Source: Chloroflexi bacterium UBA4730 (GTDB lineage: Bacteria; Chloroflexota; Limnocylindria; P2-11E). Taken from it: a stretch of 64,000 nucleotides of DNA. The stretch lies in assembly GCA_002404155.1 (NCBI GenBank), contig DHJC01000015.1, positions 100,887-164,886 on the forward strand. Direction: 5' to 3'. Positions 8,665 through 17,986 of this stretch are shown in pieces; positions within the stretch are counted from its first letter, which is position 1; every line of letters starts with the position of its first letter. The notes beneath the pieces were generated by a model. That model worked only from the letters and a program-made list of their open reading frames with translations. It was not told the origin of the DNA and searched no databases. The position numbers and the translations under genes are program-made.

Positions 8665-8851
8665 TTGCGGGCACGCGATCGATCCGCGACACCATGCGAC
8701 CTGCGAGGTCTGCGGCGGACTCGTGCTGTGCTTTGACTGCGCGCGGACCCATCTGTGCACGAGCGAATGCGCCGCACGTGGTTGCCATCCTGGTCTCTGC
8801 GTGAAGGAGGTGCGCGACGGTGCGGTCGCCATCGAGTTCGGAATCCGCTGA
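8657..8851 (+). CDS. hypothetical Cys-rich small protein (64 aa, 9 Cys; putative zinc-binding)
   Basis: VVDCGHAIDPRHHATCEVCGGLVLCFDCARTHLCTSECAARGCHPGLC... Start placed at GTG 8657, which overlaps the upstream stop. The longer track ORF 8597..8851 begins in Gly/Pro/Arg-rich sequence. Confidence 0.45.
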   Translation: MVDCGHAIDPRHHATCEVCGGLVLCFDCARTHLCTSECAARGCHPGLCVKEVRDGAVAIEFGIR

Positions 8852-9506
8852 GCGATACGCACTCATGTGGTCCGGCGGCAAGGACAGCGCGCTCGCCCTC
8901 ATGCGTGCGCGTGCGACGGGTCTCGATGTCAGCCGGTTGCTGAACTTCTACGACCCGGCCACGGACCGGGTCCGGTTCCATGCGACGCGCACGGATCTCA
9001 TCCGGGCCCAGGCCGATGCCCTCGGTATCGACCTACGGCAGCTGGGCACGCCATGGGAGCGCTACGAAGCGACGTTCCTCGAGATGCTCGCGGAGCTGAA
9101 TCGCGAGGGATTCGCCGGGGTCGTGTTCGGCGATATCCACCTGGCGGACGTACGGGCGTGGTACGAGGAGCGGGTCCGCGCCGCCGGCCTCACGCACGTC
9201 GAGCCGATCTGGGGCGAAGCCCCGGCGGCACTCGTCGCCGAGTTCGTCGCGAGCGGCAGCCGTGCGGTGATCACGTGCTGCGAGCTGCCGAAGCTGGATG
9301 ACAGCTGGCTCGGACGGATCATCGACGAGCGGTTCCTAGATGACATCCGCGCCGTGCCGATCGACCCCGCGGGAGAGAACGGCGAGTACCACTCGTTCAC
9401 CTTCGCCGGACCGATGTTCCGCGCACCGGTGCCGTGGCGCGCAGGTGCGCGCCGGCGCGACGGCGAGTTCGTTCAGCTCGATCTGGAGCTCAGCCCCGGC
9501 GGTTAG
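8820..9506 (+). CDS. Dph6-related PP-loop ATP pyrophosphatase (MJ0570 / diphthine-ammonia ligase-like family)
   Basis: PP-loop WSGGKDS near the N-terminus, then FGDIHL and ENGEYHSF motifs. Alternative start ATG 8865 (MWSGGKDS). Confidence 0.8.
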   Translation: MRSPSSSESAERYALMWSGGKDSALALMRARATGLDVSRLLNFYDPATDRVRFHATRTDLIRAQADALGIDLRQLGTPWERYEATFLEMLAELNREGFAGVVFGDIHLADVRAWYEERVRAAGLTHVEPIWGEAPAALVAEFVASGSRAVITCCELPKLDDSWLGRIIDERFLDDIRAVPIDPAGENGEYHSFTFAGPMFRAPVPWRAGARRRDGEFVQLDLELSPGG

Positions 9507-9879
9507 AGAACTCCACCGTCCAGCGCCACTCGTTCCCGTCGGCCGCGTTCCACCAGCTCTTGAGGACCCCGGCCTCGCCGCCGGGCAGGATGACCACCGC
9601 GCCGAGATCCGTGTCCGTCGGCCAGCGATCCTCGCGCGTGACGTTCGCGCCGCGCTGCTCGAGCCGGGTCATCGGAAGCTGCGGTCCGGCACGTTTGAGC
9701 GATGCGCCGCGCGCGAGCACGCGGTCATCGCCTTCGCGGACGGTGACCGCGAGCACGGGGGGCGCCGCGTGCACCCAGACGACCGCCGTCGGATCGAGGC
9801 GCGCACGGGACACCTCGATGCCGGTCGCGGCAGCCTCCGGGTAATAGAGCTCCCACGTCTGGAGCGTCGGCAGTTCCAT
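9490..9879 (-). CDS. hypothetical protein (129 aa)
   Basis: Start ATG 9879 (MELPTLQTWELYYPE) is preceded by AGGAGG and lies 11 nt after the NUDIX stop. The longer track ORF overlaps that gene. Confidence 0.6.
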   Translation of the reverse strand: MELPTLQTWELYYPEAAATGIEVSRARLDPTAVVWVHAAPPVLAVTVREGDDRVLARGASLKRAGPQLPMTRLEQRGANVTREDRWPTDTDLGAVVILPGGEAGVLKSWWNAADGNEWRWTVEFSNRRG

Positions 9880-9890
9880 CGCCTCGCCTC

Positions 9891-10406
9891 CTAGGGCCGT
9901 GGCGGCTCGTAGGCCCGCCAGGCGTCGAGACCATACGCCGCCGACGGCCATGCGATCTCCTCGAGCGGTGGAAGTTCGGCCTTGGGGAAGAACTTCGCCT
10001 CGGACGCCTCATCCGGCGCGACGCGCAGGTCGCCACCGGTGATGTGCGCGCGGTAGATCACGACGAGGATCGGGAAGCCCGGCCGCATCCAGGTGACGAG
10101 CAGTCCGTCGAGCGCGACGTCGAAGCCGGTCTCCTCCTTCGTCTCGCGGGTCGCCGCCTCCTCGGTGGTCTCATCGTTCTCGACGAGCCCGCCCGGCAGG
10201 GCCCAGTGGCCGTCGCGCGGGCCGTAGTTCAGGCGGACGAGCAGCACCGCGCCATCGCGCTCGACGATCGTGTTCGAGCCGATCTGCACGTGCATGAAAT
10301 CCGCGAAGCCGCACGTCGGGCACGTCGGCCGATCTCGCCCGTCGATGCGGGTCAGCGTGAGCTTCGACCCGTCGCGCGGGCAGAACGCGAACGTGCTCGC
10401 CGGCAC
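9891..10406 (-). CDS. NUDIX hydrolase with N-terminal zinc ribbon
   Basis: Nudix box [24 protein letters not shown]-terminal CPRDG...CPTCG zinc ribbon. Confidence 0.85.
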   Translation of the reverse strand: MPASTFAFCPRDGSKLTLTRIDGRDRPTCPTCGFADFMHVQIGSNTIVERDGAVLLVRLNYGPRDGHWALPGGLVENDETTEEAATRETKEETGFDVALDGLLVTWMRPGFPILVVIYRAHITGGDLRVAPDEASEAKFFPKAELPPLEEIAWPSAAYGLDAWRAYEPPRP

Positions 10407-11468
10407 TCAGGCTTTCGCCAAACGGTCCTTGAGATAGTCGATCGACGTCACCGGGGACGGGTCCGCGCCGTTCAGCAGCGCGACGTAGAAGGACACGTAG
10501 TCGGTGAAGTAGGTCATCTGCAGGACCTCGGAGAGCATCGAAGCGCCGTCAAACTCCAGATCCTGGTGCAGGATCTGCGAGCGGTCGAGCAGCTCCTTCG
10601 TCACGTCGAACCGCAGCCGGTGCCGCGGGTTGTCCCGGCGGCTCCGCAGCAGCAGCACGACCTGGGCATCGCGCGCGATCGGCGGGTGCGGGAATCCGAC
10701 GACGGCGTTGTGGTTGAGCTCGCTCATGACGTCGAAGTGCGCCCAGTTCTTGGCGTTCTCGTTCCACTGGTCCTTCACGCGCCGGGCCATCACGCCCATG
10801 ACGCCGGCGCCGTAGACCACCGGGATCTTGCCGACGAGCTCGATGGCCATCTTCTTCGCGTCGTTCGTGCGAGCACCCTCGTGGACGCGCTCCTCGAGCT
10901 TGGCCACATCCGCGAGGGCCCGCTCGATCTCCTTGCCCATGTCGCGCGCCAACCCGAGCTTGCCGAGGGTCCCGAGCACGAGCGTGAGCGAGTACCCGAG
11001 AGCCGCGCGGGGCTGGGCGTGGTAGCCGAAGGTGATCAGCGGGAGCCGCAGGGCCTTCGCCTCATCGGCGAGGCGGCCGCCGGTGGTGATGGCGAGGATC
11101 TTCGCGCCACGCTTCTTCGCCTCGTCGAATCCGGAGAGCGTCTCCTCGGTGTTGCCCGAGAACGACGATGCGATGACGAGGGAGTCGCGGCCGACGTAGC
11201 CGGGGACGCCGTAGTCGCGGTGCACGGAGAGCGGGACCTTCAGATTGTCTGCGAGGAGCGCACCGGCGAATTCCCCGCCGATCGCGGAGCCGCCCATGCC
11301 GAGGATCGTGATGTTGCGCACGTCGCCGTACGCGGGCGGGAGCGACGCGCCCTGCACGATCTTCCAGGCGTCCTTGATCTGGAGCGGTAGGTCCTTGATC
11401 TTCGTGAGCATGTCGCCGGGGTCCGCCTTCTTGATCGCATCGACGCTTTCGATGACCGATGTATCCAC
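10407..11468 (-). CDS. bifunctional phosphoglucose/phosphomannose isomerase (SIS domain)
   Basis: 353 aa with ILGMGGSAIGG and SFSGNTEET SIS motifs. The GTG start shares one base with the upstream TAG (TAGTG). Confidence 0.85.
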   Translation of the reverse strand: MDTSVIESVDAIKKADPGDMLTKIKDLPLQIKDAWKIVQGASLPPAYGDVRNITILGMGGSAIGGEFAGALLADNLKVPLSVHRDYGVPGYVGRDSLVIASSFSGNTEETLSGFDEAKKRGAKILAITTGGRLADEAKALRLPLITFGYHAQPRAALGYSLTLVLGTLGKLGLARDMGKEIERALADVAKLEERVHEGARTNDAKKMAIELVGKIPVVYGAGVMGVMARRVKDQWNENAKNWAHFDVMSELNHNAVVGFPHPPIARDAQVVLLLRSRRDNPRHRLRFDVTKELLDRSQILHQDLEFDGASMLSEVLQMTYFTDYVSFYVALLNGADPSPVTSIDYLKDRLAKA

Positions 11469-12919
11469 TATTTCGCCTCCCGCACCATCTTCTCGCCCGC
11501 ATCGAGCAGCGGCGCGAGCTCGTCATTGGATCTCGTCTCGGCGTACACGCGGACGAGCGGCTCGGTCCCGGACAGCCGCAGCAGCAGCCACGAGCCGTCG
11601 TCGAGGAAGAACTTCGTCCCGTCCTTCGTGTCCAGCTGCACGATCTTCGCCACCGCACGTCCAGCCAGGGCCGTCGGATGCTCCCGGTCGAGCGTGGCCA
11701 TGACACGCTTCTTGACCTCGGGGTATGCGGCCGCGTCGAAGTGCAGGTCGCGGCGCAGGTAAAAGGACGGACCGGCCATCGCCATGAGCTCGCCTATCAG
11801 CTGCGATGGGGTCTTCCTCGTCTTCAGCATGAAGTCGAGGATGAACAGATCGGCGACGATGCCGTCGCGCTCGGGGAGGTGCATCGCGAAGCCGTACCCG
11901 CCCGATTCCTCGCCACCAAACATCGCACCCGTCTCCTGCATCTTCGGCCCGATGTACTTGAAGCCGACCGGCACCTCGTAGACCTTTACGCCGAACCGCT
12001 CGCCGAGGCGGTCGGCCATCGAGGTCATGTTCACGGTCTTCACGACCGGCTGCTTCAGCCCGCGGATCTCGATGAGGTACCACATGAGCAGCGCGTAGAG
12101 CGTGAGGGTCGTGACGAACTTCCCGTTCTCGTCACCGACGCCGGCGCGGTCCGCGTCGCCGTCGACCGCGAGACCGACGTTCGCCTTCTCCTGCGGGATC
12201 CGCGCGAGGAACTCGTTGATGTTCGGCGGGATCGGCTCGGGGTTCACACCGCCGAAGAACGGGTTGCGCTCGCTGTGCAGCTCGATGACCTTCGTCTTGC
12301 CGCCACCGAGCAGCCGGGTGAAGTAGCCGCCCGCCGATCCGTACAGCGGCTCGCACACGAGCGTGTAACCGGCGGCCTTGAACGCTTCGAGGTCGAAGAG
12401 CTCGGCGACGTGCGCGAGGTAGTCGGGCGCCGGATCGAACCGCTCGATCAGGCCGGCCTTCTCGGCATCATCGAGCTTTCGGCGCTGGATCTTCTCGGGC
12501 GAGCTCTCCAGAGGATGGATGCGGGATTCGATCGCCTTCAGCATGTCTGGGCCGGCGGCCGCTCCGGTCTCGGCCTTCACCTTGAAGCCGTTGTCCATCC
12601 AGGGGTTGTGGCTCGCGGTGATGACGATGCCGGCCTTGGCTTTCTTGCGCATCGTCGCCCACGAGAAGGACTGCGTCGGGGATGCGGTGGTCGCCAGGTA
12701 CACGGGGATCCCGTGCGCCGTGACCACCTCAGCGGCCGCGTCAGCGAAGAATTCCGACGAGAAGCGCCGATCGAATCCGATGACGACACCGCGCGACTGC
12801 TCGCCGGTGCTCTTCACCCACTCGGCGACGCCGTTGGCACACACGCGCACGGCGTCGTACGTGTACTCCTCCGCGACGCGAGCGCGCCAGCCATCGGTAC
12901 CGAAGACGATCTTGGGCAT
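11468..12919 (-). CDS. phosphomannomutase/phosphoglucomutase
   Basis: Active-site loop TASHNPWMDNGFK, Mg loop AVDGDADR, sugar loop GGEESGG. Confidence 0.9.
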   Translation of the reverse strand: MPKIVFGTDGWRARVAEEYTYDAVRVCANGVAEWVKSTGEQSRGVVIGFDRRFSSEFFADAAAEVVTAHGIPVYLATTASPTQSFSWATMRKKAKAGIVITASHNPWMDNGFKVKAETGAAAGPDMLKAIESRIHPLESSPEKIQRRKLDDAEKAGLIERFDPAPDYLAHVAELFDLEAFKAAGYTLVCEPLYGSAGGYFTRLLGGGKTKVIELHSERNPFFGGVNPEPIPPNINEFLARIPQEKANVGLAVDGDADRAGVGDENGKFVTTLTLYALLMWYLIEIRGLKQPVVKTVNMTSMADRLGERFGVKVYEVPVGFKYIGPKMQETGAMFGGEESGGYGFAMHLPERDGIVADLFILDFMLKTRKTPSQLIGELMAMAGPSFYLRRDLHFDAAAYPEVKKRVMATLDREHPTALAGRAVAKIVQLDTKDGTKFFLDDGSWLLLRLSGTEPLVRVYAETRSNDELAPLLDAGEKMVREAK

Positions 12920-12931
12920 TGAGCGACCCTT

Positions 12932-13906
12932 CTAGCGCGCCGGGACGGCTGCGCGGGCGGTGACCGACCGCCAGTGGTCGAGCGTGTCTTCAAGCGAGCG
13001 TTCGAGCGTGATCGTCGGGGCCCACCCGGTCCGCGAGCGGAATCGCGACGAGTCGAGCGCGAGCGTGCTCGCATCGCCGCCGCGGACGCGCTCGGGGTCG
13101 AGCTCCGTGCGGACCTTGATCCGCGCGAGCCTGACCAGCGTGTGCAAGATGCGCTCGATCGTGACCGGCGCACCCGTGCCAACGTTGTACGTCTCGGTGC
13201 GCTCGGGCGCGAGGTCCGCCGCGGCCGCGTACGCCGCCGCGATGTCCCGGACGTCGACGAAGTCGCGTTGCGCGTCGAGGCGACCGTGCTTGATGACCGG
13301 CTCGGCGAGCCCGGCTTCGGCCTCCGCGATCTGCTTCGCGAACCCCGACGCCGCAAGGCCGGGGTGCTGGCGCGGCCCGTTCGTGTTCGCGGGCCGCAGG
13401 ATCACCGTCGGGTGGCCGGCACGATCGCCGAACTCGCGGACGAGCGCTTCGGCCGCGGCCTTCGACGCCGCGTACACGTTCGTCGGACGGAGCGGCGCGT
13501 CCTCGCCCACCGGTACCTGATCGGGCACGCCGTAGACATCGGCGCTGGACGCGTACACGAGGTGCGTGCCGCCGAGTGGCTCGAGCGCCGCGAGCAGGTT
13601 CGCGGTGCCGACGACGTTGACCTGGATCGTGCCGCTCGCGTCGCGCTGCGCGAGCGACGGGATCGCCTGTCCCGCCAGATGCACGACGGTATCGGGACGA
13701 GCGGCCGCGACGGCCTCACGCAGACCATCCGGATCCGAGAGATCGGCGCGGTGGATCCGCACGCTGGACGCGATCGCCGCGAGATTCGGATGCGGTTGGG
13801 GCTCGAACGCAATGCCGTGGACCTCGTGCCCGTCGGCGACGAGCCGTTCGGCGAGATGTGAGCCCACGAACCCGGTGATGCCGGTGAGAAGAACACGCGC
13901 GGTCAC
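12932..13906 (-). CDS. NAD-dependent epimerase/dehydratase (SDR family, nucleotide-sugar modifying)
   Basis: Rossmann motif LLTGITGFVGSHL and catalytic YAASK. Confidence 0.85.
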   Translation of the reverse strand: MTARVLLTGITGFVGSHLAERLVADGHEVHGIAFEPQPHPNLAAIASSVRIHRADLSDPDGLREAVAAARPDTVVHLAGQAIPSLAQRDASGTIQVNVVGTANLLAALEPLGGTHLVYASSADVYGVPDQVPVGEDAPLRPTNVYAASKAAAEALVREFGDRAGHPTVILRPANTNGPRQHPGLAASGFAKQIAEAEAGLAEPVIKHGRLDAQRDFVDVRDIAAAYAAAADLAPERTETYNVGTGAPVTIERILHTLVRLARIKVRTELDPERVRGGDASTLALDSSRFRSRTGWAPTITLERSLEDTLDHWRSVTARAAVPAR

Positions 13907-13937
13907 GTCCGGATGCTATTCCGCATTACCGTTTGGC

Positions 13938-14852
13938 GTGGTGCCCGCTCCCCTGCTCACTCTCCTTTTGTACGTGACCGTTGCGCTCTGCTGGAGCGGC
14001 AGCTGGACCGCGGGCAAGCTCGGTGTCGGCGCGGTCCCGCCGATCGAGCTCTCCGCCATCCGCTTCGCGATCGCCGGCCTGCTCATGTTCGGGATCGCGC
14101 GCGCAACGGGCGCGTCACTCGGCCTCGCGCGGTGGAAGCTGCTGCTCGTCGCGTCGTTCTTCGGCATCTTCGCGTACAACGCGCTCGTCTTCGTCGGCTT
14201 GACGCTCGGGCCCGCCTCCGACGGTGCGCTCATCGTGCCGACACTGAATCCGGTGATGACCGTGTGCCTCGCGACGTTCCTCGGCGAGCGGCTCACCCGG
14301 AGCAAGATCGCGGGCATCGCGCTCGCGACGCTCGGCGCGGCTGTCGTCGTGGTGAGCGCGCAGAGCGGTCTTGAATTCTCATCGCAGCGGCTCGTCGGCG
14401 ACCTGCTCATGCTCGGCGGCGCGGCCTGCTGGAGCGTGTACGCGACGCTCGGCGTCATCACGACGCGATCCGGCTCCCCGCTCGGCGTGACGGCCGTGGC
14501 CTGCCTCGCCGGCTCCGCAATGCTCTTCCCGTTCGGCTTCCTCGAGCACGGCTATCAGGACGTGCCCGCCTGGCCGGTCACGGCATGGCTCGACATCGCC
14601 TACCTGGTGGTGTTCGCCACGATCATTGGCTTCGTCCTCTTCTATTACGCCGTGCGGCGCTTCGGCGCGGGCACCGCGTCGATGGTGAGCTACCTCGTGC
14701 CAATGTTCGCGTTGGTGCAGGCGGTCTTCCTGCTGAACGAGCACCCGACCGCGCTGGAGATCGTCGGCGGCGCGATCATCCTGCTCGGCGTTCGCTTGGC
14801 CACCTGGCGGGTCCGACCGGTCACGGCGCTCCAGGACGCGGCCTCCGCCTAA
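13938..14852 (+). CDS. EamA/DMT-family transporter
   Basis: Ten-TM-like hydrophobic protein with duplicated EamA pattern. Start placed at GTG 13938, since the upstream part of track ORF 13566..14852 is antisense to the epimerase gene. Confidence 0.8.
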   Translation: MVPAPLLTLLLYVTVALCWSGSWTAGKLGVGAVPPIELSAIRFAIAGLLMFGIARATGASLGLARWKLLLVASFFGIFAYNALVFVGLTLGPASDGALIVPTLNPVMTVCLATFLGERLTRSKIAGIALATLGAAVVVVSAQSGLEFSSQRLVGDLLMLGGAACWSVYATLGVITTRSGSPLGVTAVACLAGSAMLFPFGFLEHGYQDVPAWPVTAWLDIAYLVVFATIIGFVLFYYAVRRFGAGTASMVSYLVPMFALVQAVFLLNEHPTALEIVGGAIILLGVRLATWRVRPVTALQDAASA

Positions 14853-14914
14853 CTCGTACGACCCCGGCCGTAAGTCGGACGCGCGACCGCCCGCCGGAGG
14901 GCACCATTCCGAAC

Positions 14915-16096
14915 ATGCGGAGAGTGCTCGCGATCGGGTTCGCGATCTGGGTGGCGGCTGGATGTGCCGCGGGCGACCGTGCGGCCGTGCCGGTCGCAGC
15001 CGCGGTCCCCGAGGCGACCGCGGCTGCGGCACCGGTAGCCGAGCCCACCACCGTGCCGTCCAACGAGCAGCGCAGCACGTTCCGCCAAGGGCCGGACGCA
15101 CAGCAGACGTCCGCGTCGTTGCTCGCGACCGCGGCGACCGGGCCGGGGGCGAAGGCCGAGCCGCTGTTCCTGTTCCCGCGTGTCGCGGTGCAGCCCGCGC
15201 GCTACGTGACCGTGCCGATGCCGAACCGGCAGGTGACCGCGTCGGAGCTCACCACCCTCGCCCCGACCGTGGCCGATTGGTCCGTCGTGTTCGCGCGCGG
15301 CCTCGACGGCGTCCGCCACCCGGTGCAGGGCGTCGACAGCGCGATGGCCCTTCGCGCGCTCACGGCCGAGAACCGCGTCGCGCGTGTGTTCGAGCGCTGG
15401 GCTGCGTACACCTACCAGGAGGTCGTCCCTCGCACGTTCGTCGTGACCGGCTCGCACGTGACCGGCGGCCTCGCCCGCGCCTGGGGCACGATGGCATACG
15501 TAGACGCGGACATCGATCTCATCGACCGCGGCGCGACGGACGTCCCGATCCACGTCACGCTACGGCTGCGGCCGATGGGCTTCAGCTATACGGTCATCGA
15601 CCTCTTCGATCGCACCGTGAGCGGCTGGCTCATCGGCAACGAGCCTCGCTACAGCGCGATCGATCTCGAGACGGAGCTCCCCGCGGCCGCATCGCAGTAC
15701 CTCTCGAGCGAGTCGTTCAGCCCGGGGCACGATCCGTACTCAGGCGTCATCCCCGAGACGCCGTTCGGCAAGACGCGGAACGACGCGATCCTCGCCCTCG
15801 GCGGACTGAAAGCCGCGGGCACGCTGGTCGACCGATACTTCGAGAAGGTGACCGCGACGATCGACCGCTTCGAGCCGGCGTGGTTCGGCGGCGACGGCGT
15901 CGTGACGGTCCATCTCGCGGGCACGCTCGTCGAGAGGAGCGTGACCGAGACGCAGCGGATCGCGTTCGTGCAGCCGCTCAAGTTCTTCCGAACGCCTGAG
16001 GGCTTCTGGACGCCGGTCGACGCGCTGGAAGCGGACGGCAGCTGGGATTCGGGCGGTGATCTGGCGCTCGGGGATGTCGCCAAACCGCACGGCTGA
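14915..16096 (+). CDS. hypothetical lipoprotein
   Basis: ATG 14915 gives MRRVLAIGFAIWVAAGC with a lipobox. No recognisable domain in the remainder. Confidence 0.65.
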   Translation: MRRVLAIGFAIWVAAGCAAGDRAAVPVAAAVPEATAAAAPVAEPTTVPSNEQRSTFRQGPDAQQTSASLLATAATGPGAKAEPLFLFPRVAVQPARYVTVPMPNRQVTASELTTLAPTVADWSVVFARGLDGVRHPVQGVDSAMALRALTAENRVARVFERWAAYTYQEVVPRTFVVTGSHVTGGLARAWGTMAYVDADIDLIDRGATDVPIHVTLRLRPMGFSYTVIDLFDRTVSGWLIGNEPRYSAIDLETELPAAASQYLSSESFSPGHDPYSGVIPETPFGKTRNDAILALGGLKAAGTLVDRYFEKVTATIDRFEPAWFGGDGVVTVHLAGTLVERSVTETQRIAFVQPLKFFRTPEGFWTPVDALEADGSWDSGGDLALGDVAKPHG

Positions 16097-16124
16097 TAAC
16101 GAACCTGATGCCGGCGGTCGCCGG

Positions 16125-16781
16125 CTAGGCGAACACAGGACGTGCGATCAGTAGCCCGTCCTCGCGCACGACGGGCAGCGCGAAGTCGAACCGATCGACC
16201 TCCAGCGCCAACTCGGCGTCGCGGCGTGGGAACCAGTCCGGCCATTGCTCCGCGGGGGCGAGCGAGATCCCCGGCTGCGGCGGCGCGGCGTCCAGCAGCA
16301 GCTGCTCCAGGTATGCCGCGCAGATCTCGTCCTCGCCATGATCGTCACCGTCACGTGTGCCCATCGCGACGAGCGAGACCTCGTTGCGACCGCGCAGGTA
16401 TCGGCCGGTCGCGGCAGCGATCACCAGGCTACCGAGCACGATCTCGGTGGCGCCAGCAGCCGCGACGACGCCCTGGGTACCCGAGCTGGTCCGCTGGACG
16501 ACGCGGCGCCCATCGAGCCGCAGGCCATCGATCTTTGACGGCGAGTTGCCGAGGTCGAAGCCCAGGATCGGCTTGCCGCCGATCTCGCCGGTGAGGAACA
16601 GCGTCGGATCGGCGGCCTTCATCGCCAGGGCCTGCTCGTGATCGGCCAGCAGCACGACGTCGCGCGCGCCAGCCGCAACACAGAACGCGGCGGTCGTGAA
16701 TGCGCGGAATACGTCGATGATCACCGCGGTGCCGGTCGCCTCGCGGGCACCCTCGACGAGGCTGAGCCGCCGGATGTGCAC
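16125..16781 (-). CDS. ComB-family 2-phosphosulfolactate phosphatase-like protein
   Basis: VHIRRLSLVEG...AVIIDVFRAFTT...GFDLGNSP, the family pattern. The GTG start shares one base with the upstream TAG (TAGTG). Confidence 0.7.
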   Translation of the reverse strand: MHIRRLSLVEGAREATGTAVIIDVFRAFTTAAFCVAAGARDVVLLADHEQALAMKAADPTLFLTGEIGGKPILGFDLGNSPSKIDGLRLDGRRVVQRTSSGTQGVVAAAGATEIVLGSLVIAAATGRYLRGRNEVSLVAMGTRDGDDHGEDEICAAYLEQLLLDAAPPQPGISLAPAEQWPDWFPRRDAELALEVDRFDFALPVVREDGLLIARPVFA

Positions 16782-17986
16782 TAGAGGACGGTCGTAGTGA
16801 AGGGCCTGCGTCCCGTACGGAAGCGCTCGATCGAAAGATCGGCGATGTCGAGCGTCGTGGCCTTGCCGTCGAGCAGCTCCTCGACGATGAGCTGGGCGGT
16901 CGCGGGCGTGTGCATGAACCCGTGGCCGGAGAATCCCGCGGCGATGTACAGACCCGGCGTCCCGGGCACCGCGCCGACGATCGGATGCTCGTCGGGGGTC
17001 ATCTCGTAGTTGCACGACCAGCGGTCGGTGATCTTCAGATGCGCGAACGGCTCCATGCGCCGCGCGCCACGGGCCTTCACCCAGGACTCGAACTGCGGTG
17101 GAACGTCGGCGGAATCGAGGGCCGGCGCGTCGAACGACGGCGGCGGCGCGGCGGGACCCTTCTCGATCGCACCGTCGGCGGTGAGGTTGGGCATCGCGAA
17201 ACGCTGGGCCGCGCCCTTCGGGCGGAAGTGGAGACCGGACTCCCACTCGATGACCAGCGGGATCGACGCGAGCTTCGGGAACGGCCCGGCCGCCTCCATG
17301 ATCGAGCGGCGGTACGGCCAGATGGGCACGCGCACGCCCGCGGTCGCGGCGAGCGGCGCGGTCCACGCACCTGTCGCGAGCAGCACGCGATCGGCGCGGA
17401 TCTCGCCGTCATTCGTGCGTGCGCCGATCACGCGGCCGTTCTCGGTGATGAGCGCGTCGACCCGCACGTGCTCGACGAGTCGGACGCCTTCGAGCGCCGC
17501 AGCGGCGGCGAAGCCTGCGAGCGCGTCGACCGGCACACCGTAGCCGTCGCGCGCGCCGAAGCGTCCGCCCTTCAGATCGTCGGTGCGGATCCCCGGCACG
17601 AGCCTGGCGATCCGCTGCGGTCCGACCATCTCGACCTCGACGCCGAGCCGCTCGTACAACGGCATCGGTGCTCGCAGCGCGGCCATGCCGTCAGCCGTCT
17701 CCGCCACGAACAGATAGCCGTTCTGCTCGAAGTCGTGCGCGCTCGAGGTGAAGGACTCGAAGTCGCGCCAGAACTCCGTCGCGACCTGCGAGAGCCGCAC
17801 GTCGAGCTCGTCGACGAATTGATGGCGGATCCCGCCAAGGCCACCCTTCGTCGTGCCCGAGCCGAGCCACGACTGTTCGACGAGGACCACGTCGGTCTCG
17901 CCGCGCTCGCCGAGGAAGAACGCCGTGGCCACGCCGACGATCCCGCCGCCGACGATGAGCGTCGACGCGCGGTCGGGTACGGTCAG
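16781..17986 (-). CDS. FAD-dependent oxidoreductase (DAO family; sarcosine/glycine oxidase-like)
   Basis: Dinucleotide fold STLIVGGGIVGVATAFFL...VVLVEQ and C-terminal GFSGHGF. The 724-aa track ORF is a composite that runs out of frame through the upstream MBL gene. Start placed at CTG 17986 inside that gene's stop (CTGA). Confidence 0.8.
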   Translation of the reverse strand: MTVPDRASTLIVGGGIVGVATAFFLGERGETDVVLVEQSWLGSGTTKGGLGGIRHQFVDELDVRLSQVATEFWRDFESFTSSAHDFEQNGYLFVAETADGMAALRAPMPLYERLGVEVEMVGPQRIARLVPGIRTDDLKGGRFGARDGYGVPVDALAGFAAAAALEGVRLVEHVRVDALITENGRVIGARTNDGEIRADRVLLATGAWTAPLAATAGVRVPIWPYRRSIMEAAGPFPKLASIPLVIEWESGLHFRPKGAAQRFAMPNLTADGAIEKGPAAPPPSFDAPALDSADVPPQFESWVKARGARRMEPFAHLKITDRWSCNYEMTPDEHPIVGAVPGTPGLYIAAGFSGHGFMHTPATAQLIVEELLDGKATTLDIADLSIERFRTGRRPFTTTVL

